Shown here: positions 59,676-64,000 of the stretch, in pieces | Layout: each line of letters opens with the position of its first letter | Numbering within the stretch: position 1 is the first letter of the stretch | Source of the DNA: Bacillota bacterium | GTDB lineage: Bacteria > Bacillota_I > Bacilli_A > RFN20 > CAG-288 | Length of the DNA: 64,000 nt | Assembly (NCBI GenBank): GCA_023459795.1 | Contig: JAEWSP010000018.1 | Span: forward strand, 30,946 to 94,945 | Direction of reading: 5' to 3' | Notes under the pieces: generated by a model | Seen by the model: only the letters and a program-made list of their open reading frames with translations | Database searches by the model: none | Told to the model about the DNA's origin: nothing | Position numbers and translations under genes: made by a program

Positions 59676-59743
59676 TTTTTTCTTTCTTCTATCCAGAACG
59701 AATTAGGGTATAATCAAGAGGCTTTGAGTAGGAGGGGTGGAGA

Positions 59744-61135
59744 ATGAAAGAAACAACAATCAACCGGCAGACAGAAAGAATCTTCCTGCTCGTCCTGGAA
59801 AATCTGAAAGAAAAGGTTCCGCAGAATATCTACGACAATGTTTTCGGTGACGGATCTTTTGGCCTGAAATCATTGGATGGCGGAAAGGCTGTTTTTGTTT
59901 CCGATAGTGAGTCTTCTGCTCAGCTTATCAAAGCTCTTTATCTCACTCCTCTTACCAATATTCTTCACGATGTAACATCGGATGAATATGAGGTGGAAGT
60001 GACAGATAGAGCCAGTTATTCCAGAAGAAAAATAGCGGTTGAGGATGCCTCTGCGCGTTTCTTCCAGAACAGCCACCTATCTCCCGCCTTCCAATTCGAT
60101 AATTTTGTAGTAGGATCCAATAATAAAGCTGCTTATCAGGCCGGGTTATTCGCTGTTGCAAAACCAGGCGTCAGCAATCCTATCTTCCTTTATTCCAAAT
60201 CCGGCATGGGAAAGACTCATTTACTGCAGGCAATCGGTAATGCCTACAAGGAGCAGCATCCGGACAGCAACGTCCTTTATATTACATCGGATGATTTTAT
60301 TGAAGAATTCGTTAAATATAGCAAAGGACTCAAAGATAGCGAGAATCTGAAAGACTTTTTCTCTACTATCGATATGCTTCTTGTAGATGATATTCAATTC
60401 CTTGCCGACAAAGACAAAACTCAGACAATGTTCTTCAATGTGTTCAATCTTCTTGTTGGACAGGGAAAACAAATTGTCTTAACCTCTGATAAGTCCCCGA
60501 TGCAGCTCTCGGAAATGGGAGATGAACACCTTCAGGACAGACTCGTCAGTCGTTTCAGCGGAGGACTTTCTATCTCCATCACGACTCCGGCCAGAGAAAC
60601 GATGATCGAGATTTTGAAGATGAAGATACGGAATAACGGATTAGATCTTTCTCTATTTGCTCCGGAAGTCCTGGAATACCTCGCCAACAACTACAGTACT
60701 AATGTCCGTGTTCTGGAAGGAGCCTTCACAAAAGTCCTCTTCGAAATGACGATTGAGAAACCCCAGGGAAAGATTACTCTTCCCTTCGTGAAGTCCATCT
60801 TCGAAGATGATGAATCCCATCGCAAGATGAAAGGCAAGGTCAGCGTAGAAGAGATTATCTCTATCGTATCCGACTACTACTCTTTGACTTCTTCCCAGCT
60901 GAAAAGCAAAGTCCGGACGAGTCAGATTGCCTTAGCCAGACAGATTGCTATGTACCTAAGCAGAAACGTCCTCTCTCTCCCTTATCAGGAGATTGGAAAA
61001 GCCTTCGGCAAGGACCATACGACCGTTCTTGCAAACGTTCAGAAGATTGAATCCATGAAGGGGAAGGATACGAGAGTCGAAACAGCACTTCTAGAGCTGA
61101 AAAAGACGATCAGTAAGGAGAGCAGCCAAGCATAA
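59744..61135 (+). CDS. dnaA: Chromosomal replication initiator DnaA
   Basis: AAA+ Walker A GKTHLLQA, Walker B LLVDDIQFL, sensor and Arg finger, and C-terminal HTH (KAFGKDHTTVLANVQKIES). Confidence 0.95.
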   Translation: MKETTINRQTERIFLLVLENLKEKVPQNIYDNVFGDGSFGLKSLDGGKAVFVSDSESSAQLIKALYLTPLTNILHDVTSDEYEVEVTDRASYSRRKIAVEDASARFFQNSHLSPAFQFDNFVVGSNNKAAYQAGLFAVAKPGVSNPIFLYSKSGMGKTHLLQAIGNAYKEQHPDSNVLYITSDDFIEEFVKYSKGLKDSENLKDFFSTIDMLLVDDIQFLADKDKTQTMFFNVFNLLVGQGKQIVLTSDKSPMQLSEMGDEHLQDRLVSRFSGGLSISITTPARETMIEILKMKIRNNGLDLSLFAPEVLEYLANNYSTNVRVLEGAFTKVLFEMTIEKPQGKITLPFVKSIFEDDESHRKMKGKVSVEEIISIVSDYYSLTSSQLKSKVRTSQIALARQIAMYLSRNVLSLPYQEIGKAFGKDHTTVLANVQKIESMKGKDTRVETALLELKKTISKESSQA

Positions 61136-61138
61136 GAC

Positions 61139-61172
61139 AACAGGCTTTCGGGAAACCGAAGCCTGTTTTTCT
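61139..61172 (+). terminator. Terminator after dnaA
   Basis: ACAGGCTTTCGG-GAAA-CCGAAGCCTGT followed by TTTTTCTTTC. Confidence 0.7.
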
Positions 61173-61199
61173 TTCTTCTTGGTGGATTGAGTGGAAAAC

Positions 61200-61510
61200 G
61201 GTACTTTTATCCACAGAAATCTGGGGATAAAAGAGCATATAATTTCATTAGTTTCGCTTAGCTTTTCGATATAAATAAAGGAAATTTTATTAAATTGCTG
61301 TTCAGTCTAAAAAGTTATCCACATTTCCACCGCCCTTATTAATATCCTTATTTCGTATTTGAAGAATGACATTCTATAGCCGGCAAAGCCGGCCCCTTCT
61401 CGGAAAACGGATAACAAAACAAATTTCGGCACGAAAAAGACCAGTTTATCGATTTACCTATAGCACCTACAAATATATATATTTATAATATATATATCGC
61501 TAATAAAGGG
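61200..61510. promoter_or_regulatory. oriC part 2: DnaA boxes plus AT-rich DNA unwinding element between dnaA and dnaN
   Basis: TTATCCACA at 61206..61214 and 61315..61323. A/T-only tract AAATATATATATTTATAATATATATATC at 61471..61500. Confidence 0.7.
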
Positions 61511-61522
61511 AGATCTAAAATC

Positions 61523-62677
61523 ATGAAATTGACAATAAAGAGAACGGAACTTCTACGCCTTCTGACATACGCTATCCAGGCTATTCCGGCAAAGTCTGCC
61601 GAAGCCCAGTATATGAATTTTCTGATCGACTGCGAAGAGGACCATGTCGATATCATTGCCTCGGATGGCAATGTCTCGACCAAGATCAATCAGCCGATGA
61701 AGGATCCCAAAGGCAATGACGTCATTCTCAACATCGAAAAGGGATTGATCCAAACTCCCGCCAGAATGCTTTTAGATATCGTTGCTAAGATGGGCGGAGA
61801 TGTCGTCACCTTAGCATTAGTGGATTCCAATTTCCTGAATATCTCGGATGACACCACGGATTTCAATCTCGTTACCAAAGACGGAAAAGAATACCCGGAT
61901 GTCAATCTTACGGTTCCGGAAGGCAAGAAAGGTTTCGCTGTCTCCCTCAAGGATATGAAATCCCTCTTTGATACTACTAGCTATGCCGTTGCTACCCGTG
62001 GACCGAAGGAACTCTTCTACGGCATCAACGTCAAGGCTCATGGTGGCAAGCTTTATTTCATGGCTACCGATAGTTATAGAATGGCTCAGAATGCTGTTTC
62101 CGAACCGGATACCGAAGCAGAATTCTCCTTCACCTGCCCGATCCATGCTCTCAGCATGGTGACCGGCATCGGACAGACCGGAAACTGCCAGATCTTCATC
62201 GATGATCAGTCTGCTCTCTTCGTCACGGATGGCATTGCTCTTTCTACCAGACTTCTTAGAGGAGACTTCCCGTCTGTTGATCGTCTTATTCCGCCGGAAT
62301 TCCCGTATCAGGTAACGGTCAAGACAAGCGAATTCCTTTCTGCTGCAGACCGTGTAAAGATCATCTCCAGCGTCGAAGACAGGAACTCCCAGGTACGTTT
62401 CACTATCAGCCGCGAGAACGGCGTGACGATTTCCGCCCGTTCCACGAATTTCGGTACCTCCCAGGAAGTACTGAAGAATGCTACTTTCCAGATCAAAGAA
62501 GGAGAAGACGTCTTTGAGATCGGCTTCAATGTCGACTTCGCCATTGCTGCTGTCAAAGCCTTGGCAACGGATTCCTTCACCTTCGTCTTTGCTTCTGCTA
62601 CCCGTATGTTTATGGTAAAGAACGATAACCCTGAGAACATTCAGATTATTACTCCGATCCGTATGTCTTCCTTCTAG
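61523..62677 (+). CDS. dnaN: DNA polymerase III beta sliding clamp
   Basis: Three-domain beta-clamp length and the N-terminal MKLTIKRTELLRLL; immediately after dnaA. Confidence 0.9.
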   Translation: MKLTIKRTELLRLLTYAIQAIPAKSAEAQYMNFLIDCEEDHVDIIASDGNVSTKINQPMKDPKGNDVILNIEKGLIQTPARMLLDIVAKMGGDVVTLALVDSNFLNISDDTTDFNLVTKDGKEYPDVNLTVPEGKKGFAVSLKDMKSLFDTTSYAVATRGPKELFYGINVKAHGGKLYFMATDSYRMAQNAVSEPDTEAEFSFTCPIHALSMVTGIGQTGNCQIFIDDQSALFVTDGIALSTRLLRGDFPSVDRLIPPEFPYQVTVKTSEFLSAADRVKIISSVEDRNSQVRFTISRENGVTISARSTNFGTSQEVLKNATFQIKEGEDVFEIGFNVDFAIAAVKALATDSFTFVFASATRMFMVKNDNPENIQIITPIRMSSF

Positions 62678-62693
62678 CTCTCGACAGAAAACC

Positions 62694-62722
62694 AAGGAGA
62701 GCGGCAAGCTCTCCTTTTTCTT
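62694..62722 (+). terminator. Terminator after dnaN
   Basis: GGAGAGCGGCAAGCTCTCC followed by TTTTTC. Confidence 0.7.
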
Positions 62723-62802
62723 CTTTTTCCTTGCCGGTTTGGTTTCTTTCTTCGGGATGGGGAGAATATAATTAAGGCAACAGCGAAAGAGGAGGGACAG
62801 GT

Positions 62803-64000
62803 ATGGATAAAAACGAAGCAAATGAGTTCTGGGAGAAAATCTTCGGAACTGCAGAGGAAGCATATGACTATGCTTCCAGAAAAATGAAGAAGGAAGATTT
62901 CCAAAATCCTACTTCTCCTTACGGCTGGGATGTAGAACCTGTCCGTCCTTTAAGCCTAGGCGGAAGCGAGAATCAGGACAACCTGATTCCGGCTACTCTC
63001 TATGCCATTGCAAAAAGAGACGGCAAGACTTCTTTCAGCATCGGAAACCTTCATTTCGAAATGCGGAAAGGCAAAGCTTATAAAAATTTCGATCTTTATG
63101 ATGTAACGGATCATGATGCTCCGTTATCCTTGAATCCTTATGATTTATCCCAGGATAAGGATTTCCATCAGAACCGCAGGAATATTGCTTTAGGCCATCC
63201 GGAACAGGAAGAGCGGCTTCAGGCTGCTTCTTTCTCTTCTCTTCCGAATAAGGATTTCTCGACTCCGATTATCAACGATATGAATGAAACCACGAGCTTT
63301 GCCGCTCCTAAGGAAGTGACCTTGGAAGAAATACAAAAGGAACAGGAAGAAGGAGAAGAGACAACAAAAGAAACGGAAGCAGCAGAAACAGAAGAACCTG
63401 CCGAAGAAACAGAAGCGACTACGGAAGAGAACACCGAAGATAATACGGAAGAGACTACGGAAGAAAATACGGAAGCAACTACAGAAGAAACTGCCGAGAC
63501 TGTAGAAGAAACTAACGAAGAGACTGTAGAAGCAGAGCCGGAGACAGAAGCAGTGTCTCAAGAGAATTCAGAAGAGACTACGGAAGCAGAACCAGAGGCA
63601 GAAGAAGCTTCCGAAGAAACAAAAGAAGAAACAACAGAAGCCCCGGAAGAAGAAAAAATCGAAACGGAGACGGAAGAAGCAACCGAGCCTACGGAAGATA
63701 CTGCTGTCGTAGAAGAAACAAACGAAGAAAAACCGGAAGAAGAACAGCGAGAAGCTTCTTCTCCTGTTTTCTTTGCTGTCAATACTCCAACCGATTCCCT
63801 TCCGGACAACCCTAAGCCGGAAACGGATGATTCTTCTGAAAATGCAGAAACCGGGGAAGAAAAAGAAACAGAAGAAAAGACAGGAGAAGTAGCGGAAGAA
63901 GCAACAGAAGCTGTAGATGCCGCCCAGGGAGAAGACAATACGGAGCCTGCTGTAGAAGCAGAAGAAAAAACAGAAGAAGCGGAAGATAATCAGCAAGAAG
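62803..64000 (+). CDS. Partial CDS (runs off the window): roughly 140-aa N-terminal domain with degenerate HNH-like motif, then highly acidic Thr/Glu-rich repeat region
   Basis: Perfect RBS GAGGAGGG 6 nt before ATG 62803. Open frame to the window end. The N-terminus reads PYGWDVEPVRPLSLGGSENQDNLIPATLYAIAKRDGKT. Repeats follow of the type TEETTEENTEATTEETAETVEE. Not in the ORF track because it has no stop. Confidence 0.6.
   Translation, partial: MDKNEANEFWEKIFGTAEEAYDYASRKMKKEDFQNPTSPYGWDVEPVRPLSLGGSENQDNLIPATLYAIAKRDGKTSFSIGNLHFEMRKGKAYKNFDLYDVTDHDAPLSLNPYDLSQDKDFHQNRRNIALGHPEQEERLQAASFSSLPNKDFSTPIINDMNETTSFAAPKEVTLEEIQKEQEEGEETTKETEAAETEEPAEETEATTEENTEDNTEETTEENTEATTEETAETVEETNEETVEAEPETEAVSQENSEETTEAEPEAEEASEETKEETTEAPEEEKIETETEEATEPTEDTAVVEETNEEKPEEEQREASSPVFFAVNTPTDSLPDNPKPETDDSSENAETGEEKETEEKTGEVAEEATEAVDAAQGEDNTEPAVEAEEKTEEAEDNQQE

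Noticed and set aside
61817-62863. 348-aa minus ORF
   Set aside because: Antisense to dnaN.
63190-63996. Three overlapping minus-strand ORFs (123-142 aa)
   Set aside because: Reverse translation of the acidic (TEE)n repeat gene gives Phe/Ser/Cys-rich nonsense with no start context.

Overview
The window reads as the origin-proximal chromosome of a low-GC Gram-positive (Firmicutes-like) bacterium at about 48-50% GC. The anchor is a bipartite oriC. One DnaA-box cluster sits at 59.37-59.68 kb. dnaA is at 59744..61135. Two more DnaA boxes and an AT-rich unwinding element follow at 61.2-61.5 kb. dnaN is at 61523..62677.

Left of the origin lies a classic block of housekeeping genes on the + strand. 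It runs from the SRP RNA gene through the ribosome-maturation genes to rsmA: ffs, tadA, prfA-prmC, dnaX-ybaB-recR-tmk-holB-yaaT-rsmI, tdk, a tRNA-Lys, and mnmE-tatD-rnmV-rsmA. On the minus strand are groES-groEL with a CIRCE operator, galM, ung, prs, ispE and an ABC exporter pair.

Accessory content:
- a CadC/CadA-like metal efflux operon;
- a GH13 alpha-glucosidase;
- a frameshifted GH3-family pseudogene;
- a small polysaccharide module (sugar transferase with a Wzz-like protein);
- a large P-type ATPase of unclear specificity;
- an M6-like lipoprotein metalloprotease.

The most unusual loci:
- a roughly 2.7 kb AT-rich insertion at a synteny breakpoint (43.2-45.9 kb), carrying a membrane-anchored subtilase and two unknown membrane or secreted proteins;
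- an approximately 850-nt ORF-free region (8.2-9.06 kb) containing a degenerate tandem repeat array, closed by a strong minus-strand terminator;
- a Crh-like HPr lacking His15;
- an acidic Thr/Glu-repeat protein with a degenerate HNH-like N-terminus immediately after dnaN.

No CRISPR array, rRNA or obvious transposase was seen. All calls come from reading the sequence and recalling family motifs; no database search was possible.
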